Source: Botryllus schlosseri (lineage: Eukaryota). From it: a DNA stretch of 64,000 nucleotides. Of this stretch, positions 23,987 to 35,778 are shown in pieces. The position numbers and the translations under genes are program-made. The first letter of the stretch is position 1, and each line of letters opens with the position of its first letter. The stretch is from positions 17,360,001 through 17,424,000 of the forward strand of contig CM119376.1 in the NCBI GenBank assembly GCA_051294905.1, given 5' to 3'. A model generated the notes under the pieces. That model worked only from the letters and a program-made list of their open reading frames with translations. It was not told the origin of the DNA and made no database searches.

Positions 23987-25856
23987 GTACCAACATCCAA
24001 TTTTCATAAAAGTCATGTAATACCCAGAATTTTCGTTGCGATTCGCGCACAGTAGATATGGAGTCACAAATATGTTTTAACGAAAGTATCGCTGAAAATA
24101 ATTTAGATACCGGGTTGCGTGGCTCCGTTCACACCGCATTGTCGCCCATAACGTTTTAAACTACCGTTTCGCAATCTAGCAATTACCTATTATACCTAGC
24201 AGCTCATGGCGTGACCTAATCTGGAAAAGTGGTCTTTGACTTTTTCAACGTTAGACCTGTTTTAGCAGACCACCGTGGAAACTTTCTGGACAAAAGACGT
24301 GAAATACATTTTCCGCTTTTTAGAAGTAGTATTGGTATTTTTCTTTCAATTACGAGCATTATACGTTGAATTCTACTTATATTTCATTTTTTTGTCTGGA
24401 GAACATACATCTTGAAGTATAAAAGCAAGCGTAGTAATGCCTTATATTTCCGAAATTAAGGCTAAACACTATATGGCATTTATACGATCTGCAAAATTTT
24501 TAATTATCGTATACTAATCGCGCAAAGTGTTAAAGCCGTATCCGACAAAACTTCTCCGTATTACTCTTCGACTGAACTAGGGGCCTTATAATATGGGATA
24601 AGACGCATTGCCATGATATCCTCTAAAACTGGATGTTCGAGTAAACAAAGGATTAGTATCGTATTTCCATATCAATACTATCATTTACATCCCATGATGT
24701 GGACGACTGCTGATTCTGTCAAAAAATGACACCTCCTGGGATGCATCAATATGAATCAACCTCTCTACACCTCCCGCATCGCTCCTTGCAGCTTTTGACA
24801 GTCCATGCGAACGAATTACGATCGTTTTCAAAATTACTTACTTGAGTAGATTTAAAGTCAGTCAATTCTACTTCTACTTCAATTAGTTTTAGGTTGCTTA
24901 TGAAATAAGTACTTCTACTCGTACTTGAGTAGAATTTGTCTTCGCTACTTCTACTTCTACTTCTACTTGACTAGCTTTCTTGACTACTTTGACCACTTCT
25001 GTTAACTACATTGGTCCGACAAACAATATAGATATTGACTATCACTTGAGAAGTATATTTACCCATATTTTACCTGCTTGTCAGTTCATTTCCTTTTCGT
25101 GGTAGTTAATTTCAGTGTGCAAAGTATTCTATTTGAATATCATCTCACCATCCTTTTAATGTGGCTATTTCAATGAAGTGGACTAATTTCAAGCTAATCC
25201 GTGTCATATCGTTTTCTTTGGTAACCGGCGATGTTTTTATCCAAACTCCACCATAGGCGCTTGTCAAGATAGAGACGAGTGGAAAAGATATCCCTGCCTC
25301 TTCAGGCATATCTAGAACACGATTGTTGGTCGTGCCGTAGTCGCGAAATTTGCCATCGTAAATACTATTATTTAAAAAATGACCAAAATTTAAATTTGAC
25401 AGAATCCGGCATCTACTGCTGGTTAGAATTGAGTCAAATTTGGTGTGCATCGTTTTTTGGCAACCTGGCGATGTAATCACATAGCAAGCTTGATTTGGAA
25501 AAAAAGTTTTTTTGGTCATCTATTCTTTTGAACAGGTTGACTGGTTTCCCAACGTATCACATATTGGTAGTTACGAAAACGAATTAACTATATATGGCGT
25601 TATTTGATTTTCAGGTGAAGTGACATAAAGCATACGAAGTTGTGCACTAGAAACGTCAGGTATTTAACGGTAACACTGTACGGTGTACAATGTACAAATG
25701 TACATTTAAAAAATGAATTCTTGGTTCCACGATAGTGTACGTCTCTTTGTGTAAGTCAGGGATAGATAGAGTTCTATATATCCCTGGTGTAAGTCTCTTT
25801 GCCAAATTGCTAATAGCCTACGTGGAAATTAACAACGGAAAATATAAATATTAGGG

Positions 25857-26662
25857 AAGTGGTTCCCAACCTTTTTGTCTTCTAGACCGTCACGGACCCC
25901 GCGTACTCCCTCAAGTTTTCCTTCAAAATTAGCTCAATTTTCGTGCAACAGTCATCTGTCTTGTGCAAATATTTATTGTCGGCTAGTGATAAACAGCCAC
26001 AAAAATGTCTTTTCTTGAAAATAACAGCACACTACCTGTAGAAATTGGGTAGGCTTTTATCATTTCTCGAGCGAATTTTGCAGCTGTATTCATTGTCTTG
26101 AAAATACGCGTCTTTGATTTAAATATGAACGAGTGCCGAAACTCCATTTCCACAAAGATAGGTGGTGGCGAATGTAATATTAACGCGTAACGCTTCCGAC
26201 AACAGCTTTTGGTGTGCGTTTTTAATCAACAAATCACGTCCAGTCATTTCTATCCCTAGCATCTCACCTTGAAGTTATTTAGTGGTTATATCACAGGAGA
26301 AAATGGATTTGGTGGCAAGTTTTCAATTCCTTCATTGGGACAGATAAGGAATAAAATTCAGGAATTTATATTTCAGACGACTGTTTATTAATTTGCTGAG
26401 ATCGATAACTCTCTCTCTCGATAACTCATCGGCAGGCTATTGGCAATTTGACAATTAAAATGAGTTTGCACAGTCGGATATTTCATCTCAGACGACCATT
26501 TTAATGATATGAGTCCTAAAGTTTTAGCAATTATGAAATGAAACTGTCTGATGCTTTTCCTAATTAAGAAAAATACAAATTAGGTTATCAATAATATTAC
26601 AAAATTAGAGGCTCCGCGGACCTCCTGAAAATGCTTCGCGGACCCCCGGTTGAGAACCACAG
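25857..26662. mobile_element. CAGTGGTTCTCAA-type MITE downstream of the UBL exon
   Basis: Ends AAGTGGTTCCCAACC...GGTTGAGAACCACAG; interior collinear with 27466-28534. Confidence 0.75.
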
Positions 26663-26988
26663 GTTTTGGGCATTAAGCTACCTACACACAATAACATTTG
26701 GTCTATTGTAACGAAATAGCCTACTCCAAATCCCAAATGCCAAAAATGATATCAAGCATCGGTATAACACACAATATAATAATATTAACTCCAAAGTGGT
26801 CAATTAATGCAACTTCGTTTACTTATGACAGACTTACAAATTAAGCCCAAGTTCGGTCATGCATCAGTATTGACTAAACGCTCATTGGCGACTACATTAC
26901 AGGGGAAATAGTTAATATAATCCAAAACGCAGAGTTTCTCCCTCTCTTAGCAGAATCGACTGTATCCATCCATCCATACAACTATAAT

Positions 26989-27305
26989 TTAGCATCTGTT
27001 TTTAACGTCTCGTACGTCCGTTGGCGTGTCTATTGTAGCGAGACTATCAGCACATAACTCCTCGCCATCGACAATATTCTCATCGCGTAAAGTTTTCTTC
27101 TCGTCGAGAATCCTGTCTCGCCCACCATTCACACGTAGTTGTACATCCACACCTGTCTTTTCCTTGATTGTATTGACAACGGCCTTTACAGTAGAACAGT
27201 CGGGAAGTGTAAGGCGAATGGTTTCACGAACCGATTTCACCCGGACTGTCAATGAGATCTTGCTTTCTCCGCTGCGTGACGCTTGCGGTACCTCCGTATG
27301 CCCAT
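26989..27305 (-). CDS. Terminal exon encoding a ubiquitin-like domain without a C-terminal di-Gly
   Basis: ISLTVRVKSVRETIRLTLPDCSTVKAVVNTIKEKTGVDVQLRVNGGRDRILDEKKTLRDENIVDGEEL follows the ubiquitin pattern (T-V-x-x-V helix start, L-D-x-x-K-T-L-x-D-x-N-I). Phase-1 acceptor TTTTTCAG|AT at 27307-27306; TAA at 26991-26989. Confidence 0.8.
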
Positions 27306-30300
27306 CTGAAAAATAGTAGCAAAATTGTTTCATCTTCAATCACAAACGTTGCACATCTCAACATTCGGCCCAACCCATATCTGTCTCCATATAACATCGC
27401 TAAACACCAGCTAAGATCTACATCAATGACATCATCACTCTTACAATTGTTGAGAGGGTCTACGGCAGTGGTTCTCAACCTTTTTGTCTTCGCGAAACCC
27501 GTCCGGACCGTAACGGACCCCCGCGGACTCCCACAAAGTTTTAGTTCAGATTTAACTCAATTATCGGGCAATCGTCATCTGTCTTATGCAAATGATAACT
27601 GTAGGCTTAGTGATAAGCAGCAAAAAAATGACTTTTGTTGAAAATATATAATCATACTATTCATGTAGAAATTGGGTTGACTTCTATTATTTCAAAGCGA
27701 ATTCTGCAACTGCATTTCTTCAAATACGCGGTCTGTCTTGAAAATCCGCGCCTTCGATTTGATAAAAACCCATTTCCACAAATATAGTGGAGGCGAATGT
27801 ACTAATAACGCGAAACGCTTCCGACGACACATTTGGGTATGATCGCAACAAATATGGCACCAAAATTGACAAACAAACCTTTTTTTATTGAACATCATCA
27901 CCATTGGTTTATTAGCAATTTTTATCAGTTCAATACACCACAAAAATACGATACAATGAAAAGACAGGAAGATGGCGAAGCGACTTGGAGTAGTCTATGG
28001 AATCAGACACCCACCTTGGCCTAGGCGATGTAAAGAGGAGGCATGCTCACTGAATAAAAATATAGAAGATAATATAGAAAAAAGAAAGCGACATAGGGCG
28101 GCATGTCATGGAACATATAACGACAAGCCTAGTCATTTCTATCTAGCAGCTTAACTTGAAGTTATAATGGAATAATGGTTATGTATAGGTCTATATCACA
28201 GGAGAAAATAGATTTTTGTAAACAATTAGAAGTCACCGTGATTGGCCTTACTCATCCAACTTTTTCCCACGATCGCCAACAAAACATCTCTAAAGAGCAA
28301 AATGTTTGTATCAATAGGCTATTGGCAATTTAGCAATTAAAATGAATCTGCACAGTAGGATATTTCATCTCAGGCGGTCATTCTGTTGATGCGAGCTCTT
28401 AAGTTTTGCTAGTAATGAAGCGAAACTGTGCCTCGTTATTTTCCGAATTAAAAAAAAATACAAATTAGGTTATCAACTATTTTGAGGCTTCGCGGACCCC
28501 CAGGGGTCCACGGTATCCCGGTTGAGAACCACTGTTTTAGGCCATGTAACATGCGACTCCGAGCAGTGTGGCAGAACGATCGGCAGCGAGAAAACCTTGG
28601 CCGAAAAGGACTGCCCGTATGTTGACCGAAATCGTACAATACATATCTGTTTAATTGCCCATAGGCGCCTAAATAGCTGGGGCCGAATGTTCATGTCCTG
28701 GCGATCTGAACTCGCAGTAAATCTGATTGCGTGAGCAGAGAGAGGATATAAAAATTGGTAGCAATATATATGCAATTCCTTATTATATTGAGAGATTCAA
28801 ACATGAATGGTAGAGAATTTTCGCGCTTCGCACCAACATAGGCGACATCAGCTATCTGACTAAACAGTACAATAAATCTCTCTGACAATCAGCGGTGTAT
28901 AGTATACAGTCGGATAAGGCCCCCAGAAGTTCGGTTTATCACCCTATGGGGTGGGATCCCAAGACAAACGTGTTGCGGGGGGCTGACGAAGTGCTGTTCC
29001 TGCCCTGTGTAGCACGACCCACTTCTAGGCTTCTTATAAACCACGGTAACGCGGATGAGATGATCTTGTAGCTTCTTCTTGTAGTTCGACATTGCCCTTT
29101 TACTGATTCCCTAAAACTAGTTCGAGGACCCCGAGGGGTCCGTGGACCTCAGTTTAAGACCTTCCACTTTAAATAATCGTTAATATAATTTATTAAAATT
29201 AATTCATGAGGAATATAACAGACTTAGGTAGCTTTTTAACCTTTGTAAGTGGGCCTTTGCTGAATATAGTTGAGTATTCCTGCTATTTTGCAACTAACCT
29301 GTAACTTTTTTGAATTTATCGGCTATTTTTTCCAAATCTTTGCCTGCAATAAGCAATGGAAAATAACATGAATTGATGATTTCCAGGAATACACACACAC
29401 GCGCGTCGTATATAATCGGACACCAACCAACCTTCATAGCCAGCAGTCATCATGCTTACGCAACCTTTGGATTTAACTTTAGCATCAGCATTTTCTCCGT
29501 AGAAATTCATTGCCGTGACTCCATCGCCAGCACTTTCCTTGACCGCCACTAAATAACAAATAAATGAATTATCTCTATATAAACGAACTGTATATGGTTA
29601 GAGTAGTGTGGATCGTTATTGATTGTCAGGAAAGTAAGTTCCCTCGTGTATCAGATATTTTGATCAGCTCAAAACACCACAATATTGCGATACGCTGAAG
29701 AGATGACTGAAGGAATCAAAATGACTTAAGATGTTTTCAAACTACCAGCTTCGGCCGATCTGAAAGTGCACTGACACATTCAAGTGTCAAGGTTGTAGAA
29801 CAAGGGTTCTTAAAGTATGGGTCGCGAGGGGTATAAATTTGTATCGCGACCGCACCAGAGATATTTTTGAATATGTGTGTAATATTTGCTGAATTCCTTA
29901 CAAAGAAAAATTGCAGTCCAGAGTATCTGTGTTGGGTCATATTGCCAATAAGCGAGACATGCAGAAAAGTGGTAACGGCAATATGGCTTGATCATTAAAG
30001 TGTGCTGACCTTGGTATTACACAAATTGGTTTGATGCCATGATAAGATTTGTCTGACATTGATTTCCCTGGACAGTTGTAACTTGTGTTATAACTCGGGC
30101 GGGGTAGACTGTAGAGGGAGGAAAAAAATCAGGGCCGTAATTTCCACACCCATATTTTTTGTGAATACGCAAAATTTACAAAAATTAATCTAACTATATT
30201 CGCAATTGTGGGAGAACACTATATTCCTACTTTCAGCTAACGCCACCGGAGTATATGTTTTGCTCTAGGGGTGTACAACGTGCGGGTGCGGTAATATTTG

Positions 30301-31306
30301 ACATTGGTATTTCGGGACCAACCAATTCCGCGACAGGACACATGGAACATGACGTTTTGGCCAACATGCGACTGGGCAAAGTACGGTGCCAAAATGATCG
30401 GCGGCGATAAAGCCTTGACCAAAAAAGGCTTTCGCTGATCGGCCAAAACCTTCGATATTGGTATTTCTAAGCGTCGAAATGGCCGGCCCAGAATAGCCCC
30501 GTCCAATAAACGTCAGATTTGGGTCGCAATCTTAAATGTTCAAGAACCACTGCTGTAGATTATGCGACTAACTAATCAAGTAATATCCAGTTGTTATCAG
30601 TTCTATTCCAAGCAATTCGCATGGACCAGGCGGCTGTCACTATCACATGTACTGAAAACAAGCACCATGCAAATTGGATACTTACTAAATTTTTTATCAT
30701 TTTGACTGTCAATGTCCACCTTGCCATTAAAATAGTTCATTGCCGCTCCTGTTGTTGGCTTGTTCCTAAGTACAGATTTACACCACTAATCATGTAAGGA
30801 GAGAGCATCAGATCGAGTATGAGGGTGATGGGGGAGAGTAAGATATAACCGATTCCCACTTTATTTCATTTATAATCCAAGTGCATGATATGAGGAATAA
30901 CTCAACTTTTGGTGAGATGAATTTGACCCACAAACGGAAATTTTGAAGCTCGTGACTTCAACCCACATTCCCGCTGCATTGCCTACATCGGCTCGTGGCT
31001 CATGTTACAAAACCCATGCCATCATGAGTATTAACAGGCAGATACATGGCGTAGGCCTAACCATCACACAAATCACAAATGCAGCTCCACCAATGACAAA
31101 CTTAGAAGGCACAGCTGTATGAAGTTGGTGACATTAATGACAAGGGGAGATAAAAGTTCCTTTTTCGTGCGTTTCCTATTATAATTCAGGACCAGCACTC
31201 CTGTCACACGTATTCACATTTTGCTATCTGCAATGGAACCAGCCTTAAATTTCTTGGGATGTGACGATTCAAGGATGGCCCCGATACCAGCATTATTCAT
31301 TGTCAT
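26989..31306 (-). CDS. Six-exon gene: unknown ~127-aa core (tentatively profilin-like) spliced to a UBL domain, ~232 aa
   Basis: Exons 31306-31240, 31114-31062, 30785-30686, 29548-29432, 29343-29299 and 27305-26989. All introns are GT-AG, with junction phases 1,0,1,1,1 that join into one stop-free frame. The 29548-29432 and 29343-29299 exons have a paralogue at 43439-43686 with the same boundaries. The first exon (donor GTTCCA) is the least certain. Confidence 0.65.
27466..28534. mobile_element. CAGTGGTTCTCAA-type MITE in the intron before the UBL exon
   Basis: TIR CAGTGGTTCTCAACC...GGTTGAGAACCACTG; same family and orientation as 25857-26662. Confidence 0.85.
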
Positions 31307-32959
31307 ATATAATCTACAATGGATTCAACAGATTCTTTTGCAATTTCTGGTCTACATAATAAAAAAAACAAAATAAATGAAGTGAATATAAATTGGCGAT
31401 GTTAGTAATGTCAGCATACATACGATGTCATCCGTGTATTTTGGCGATGACAAAACATACTTCGGCGATGTAATGTAATGATATACTATTGTTGTGGGTA
31501 GGAATATCCGATTGGGGTTAAGTAAGGGGGCGAGTTTGGTAAGAATATGACCTATGCTATGCGTATGATATCGCTCTCTAACTTAACTAATCCAACCCAA
31601 CCCAACCCAACTTCACTCAACCTTCGAGTCCGACAGCAGTATCTCGTGACATCGCCATGATACATTATATATGATTTATCAATAACATCACCAATTTATA
31701 TCCATCCGAATAAATGTACTAGATTATAAAGGGTTAGAACTGATGACGAAAAATAAGGAACGATCTTTAGTCGGAAACCTCACACGTAAATGGTCCATTT
31801 TTCAATTTAAGAACGATGCATACTGCTTACCCCGAGCCCAAAGATAGTTTGAGATTGAAACGTGAATTTGAATAGCGGAAATACAAATAGACATGAAATA
31901 AACAAACAACGTGGGTGAAACATTAAAGTATCTTTTGGTATTACAAGTGGGTAATTTGACCAATCATGTATGTAGCCGATATCAATGTAGGCCTACAGTG
32001 TAAAATAGCCATATCATCTTACCTTTTCTCATTTGATCCCGACATGATTCACGATGACGAAAGTGTTGCGCAATACCTCTGATTGATTTATCCCAAACTT
32101 GATACTTTGAAAGCAAACTTAATCTGGTTTATAACTAGGGCGATTTTTTTGACTTGTCAAAAAATTCATAATATTGTCAAAAAAATATTAAAACCGTCCA
32201 CAAAGTCATAAACAAATTTTTCAACCTGCATTTCGTTTGTATCGTAGATGTTTGCACAGGCGGTGAACTTATCATTTGTCATTTGACATCTTGTAGCCTA
32301 CTTAATAGGCCTACCGTTGTCGACGGACCATTGTCTGCTCAACGGTCAAATGAAACAAATATGTTGACATGGTGTTATGCTCAACGTACCACAATATCCC
32401 GACTGAATCAAGACTGCGCGTGCATTGGTTCTTATATCAAGAAGTGCATGATGAATAATTGTGACGTAGGTAGACAGCATTGTCAGAATGAAGCAACACG
32501 GTGTGTCACCAGCATTGTACCCACAAAGTGTTGCCAACAACTGCTGGTGTTGAACGTTATTTCTTCATTCTTAGCAAACTACTTAGTAAGGACAGAACTT
32601 TCTACCCGAGAATGTAGAAAAGTATCCTTCGTTGTACTACAACAAACTTTAATTATTTTACCATAATGCGTGATGTAACTACTGAAATTCTTCATAGGTC
32701 CAGATTTCGTTAGAATAAAGTTTTTTAAAATATACAGTTGTCAGTTTTCAAGTCCAAAAAAGTTTTTTTTTCCGTTCAAACTACTTCGTAAGGACAGACA
32801 TTTCCAAGCAGAAATGATGATAAATTGTACAATTCTAAGATTATGCGGGAAACCACCAAATTTACATGATACGCGAGGTCAAAATCTTGTCAAAATCAAG
32901 TTTTTTGAGGTGAAAAATGTCACTGTTATTTTAGCTCAAAATTTTTCGTTTTTAAGGCA

Positions 32960-34790
32960 AAAAGATCGCCCTCTTATGACAGAACCAAACACCAAACACC
33001 TAAGCGCGGAAGGCGCTTTAATCTTTTGTGGATTGCTTACAGTGTGATGACAACTGTCATATGGAAATGTCACGTAACTTCATTTCAGAGAATTGTCTTA
33101 TAGTAGTTTTATACGAAGTTGCACAACAATGAAAATCGTCGAGGGGATTTCGAAAATTGGGAACCCAAACTCATTTATCGTGTGAGCTGTTGCTGATTTT
33201 GTTGTGTTGCAGATATCATGGCCCGGTCACTCGAAACCACTAACACAATCTGACCTCTTACCTTATCTACCAGGATTGCCGATCGGCACTCGGATTTTGT
33301 ATGGCACGATACCGCCACTCGCCTGCGCTAGTGCTATCCAACCTGGTGGGCAACCTGGGCGCGATAACGCCGCGATATCGAAACTTGGCCAATACAATTT
33401 CGAAATCAAACGTCTTGTGATGCAGCAATCGGCTACACCATATCTCCCTACGTTTTTATTCAGTCTGATGCTGGTCAATTCCGATACTGGTCTATCTAAC
33501 TACCTACATTTATAGAGCGACTAAAAGGAGGAAGTTATTTAGTGGCGTTTCCCCTACTATTCTTCTGTGTCACTTCCGCTTTTTGTTGCATGACTGCGTG
33601 CGTGTTGTGTATATTTACTCTTTTGAGTTACAGTCGTCCAGGACAGCTTTGACAGATTGACAGGTGAAGTGATGTACCGGTAATGTGTATTGCGGAACCG
33701 CGTCAAGTCCAAAAATGTTTTCAGGCCAAAATACTTCGTAATGACAGACAGTTCCAAACAGAAATTAAGATATGTAGTAGTAGGGCAATATCTGCCGTTT
33801 TTTGGTAAAAAAAATCGCCATGCTTATGACAGAACCAGTATCAGTATCAAACACCGAACACGTATACGGGGAGATCGTTTTACCCTTTTGTGGATTGCTT
33901 ACAGTGTTACGACAACTGTCATATAGAAATTTCACGTAACTGTATTTCAGAGAATTGTCTTATAGTAGTTTTCGCAACCCAACAATGATAATAATCGTCC
34001 AGGTGATTTCGAAAATTTGGGAACTCAAACTCGTTTCTTGTTTGAGTTGTTGCTGATTTAGTTGTGTTGCAGATATCATGGTCTGGTCACTTGAAACCAC
34101 TGACATAATCTGGCCTCTTACCTTACCTTCTAGGATTGCCACATCGGCCCTGGGCTTTTGTATGACACTATGCCGCCACTCGCCTATTGCATTTGCCTGC
34201 GGGTGTGCTACCCAACGCAGGGATATCTAGATATCCCTGTACCCAACCTGGGCGCGATAACGCCGCGATAACGCCGCGATATCGAAACTTGACCAATACA
34301 ATTTCGAAAGCAAACGTCTGGTCAGGTCATGAATCAATCGGCTACATCGTATCTCCCTACATTTTTTTCACGCTGATTCTGGTCTATCCCGATTCTGGTA
34401 TTTCTAACTACCTACACTTATAGAGAAACTAAAAAGAGGAAGTTCTTGAGTGTCGTTTCTCCTACTATTCCACTGTGTCACTTCTGCTTTTTGTTGCTTG
34501 ATTGCGTGAGTGTTGAGTATACGTATACGCGTACATGTTTACTGTTTTGAGCTATACAGTCGTTCAAGTCAGTTATGACAGATTGACAGGTGATGCACCG
34601 GTAATGTGTATCGCGGAGCCGCTTCAACACGTTCGTTTGTGACTTATATGCATTGCATTGTGTATCCCTATTGTGGCCTCTAATACGATATTCAGTTATT
34701 TAGAAACTATTCGATCGACTAGGAATATACGGGAAAAGCTTGTCAATGTTTGCGGTCGTCTGTAAGGAGAATGAGAAGCATCAGTATCAT
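32960..34790. repeat. ~860-bp direct tandem duplication of a dispersed repeat
   Basis: GACAACTGTCATAT.GAAAT.TCACGTAAC recurs at ~33048 and ~33908. The same family occurs at ~4905-6850, ~32010-32130 and ~35790-36200. Confidence 0.75.
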
Positions 34791-34794
34791 AACG

Positions 34795-35778
34795 CAGGGC
34801 TCTTCAACCTTTTTTTGTCGTGGTACACCCTTTTCACGTTTACTCAAAACTCGTACACGCTTGACCGCATAATACACCGATTCCGTAGTGACAGTTAGCT
34901 TCATTACGATAACATATATAGCATACGGCCGCATTCCAGTGGAGTGGAGAGTCGTCATGGACCATCTGGATGACAAATACTCATGTGCAATTGGCTACTG
35001 GGAATTTCGCATCGCGGAGAACACTAGTGGTGTTCTGTGCAATCACTGATTTCTTGAGATATACTTGCGTATAAAAGTTTCGAATTGTAGAAGCACAATA
35101 TCCCCACAGGCGTACCATACACGCACCAAATTCGCGAGTATAAATGTCAGGAAAAGCTGTTGGGATTCGGTTTCTAGTCGCGCGGGGTGCGAAGATTTTT
35201 TCAGTCCCTTGAGTGAATTTCGTCGATAATGTTGGTAGCTTATCATACTACTCTCTATTATTATTCTCAGACCACGTGATAAAATTTACCAGTAGATCTG
35301 ATGGAGGGGGTGACTTCGAAAAATTTGGGGACAAAATTAATGATGATTCATCTTTCGGTTTTTATTAATCCCTTTGTTGTGTGATGTTATTCACTCTCTG
35401 CGACAGCAAACTTCAATGTTCCAGGCAGAGTTGAACACCATGTTTTCTTCGTTTAATTCCTCTTACCTTGTCGCGATCTGTATTTGACAGTCGTGGTGAG
35501 TGTAACACTATATGAAAGTGTATACACAGCCAAGCGGGATTCTCTTAAACTAGAGTCCAAACGAAGACTGATTATCAAAGCAATAAAAATTTCAGTAGTA
35601 TCAGTAGGTCTAGTATTTGCTTTCACGCGGCCGCGTGTTGAGAACTCCTGCGATAGATAGTAATCGGTCCATTGTAATGTGGATCTGGTACACCCCAGTA
35701 CACCTCTTCTGAGTGGTACACCCTCTAAAAATTATGGTACACCCTGGGGTGTACGATACACCTGGTTGAAGAGCCCTG
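34795..35778. mobile_element. hAT element of the 10009 family, inverted, with a different interior
   Basis: TIR CAGGGCTCTTCAACC...GGTTGAAGAGCCCTG; GGTGTAC subterminal repeats; degenerate TSD. Confidence 0.75.

Larger units (their letters stand above)
22186..25001. mobile_element. CAGAGGTG-family element hosting nested insertions
   Basis: Ends CAGAGGTGGTCA...TGACCACTTCTG; homologous in inverted orientation to 6854-8036 once 22424-23994 is removed. Confidence 0.7.
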
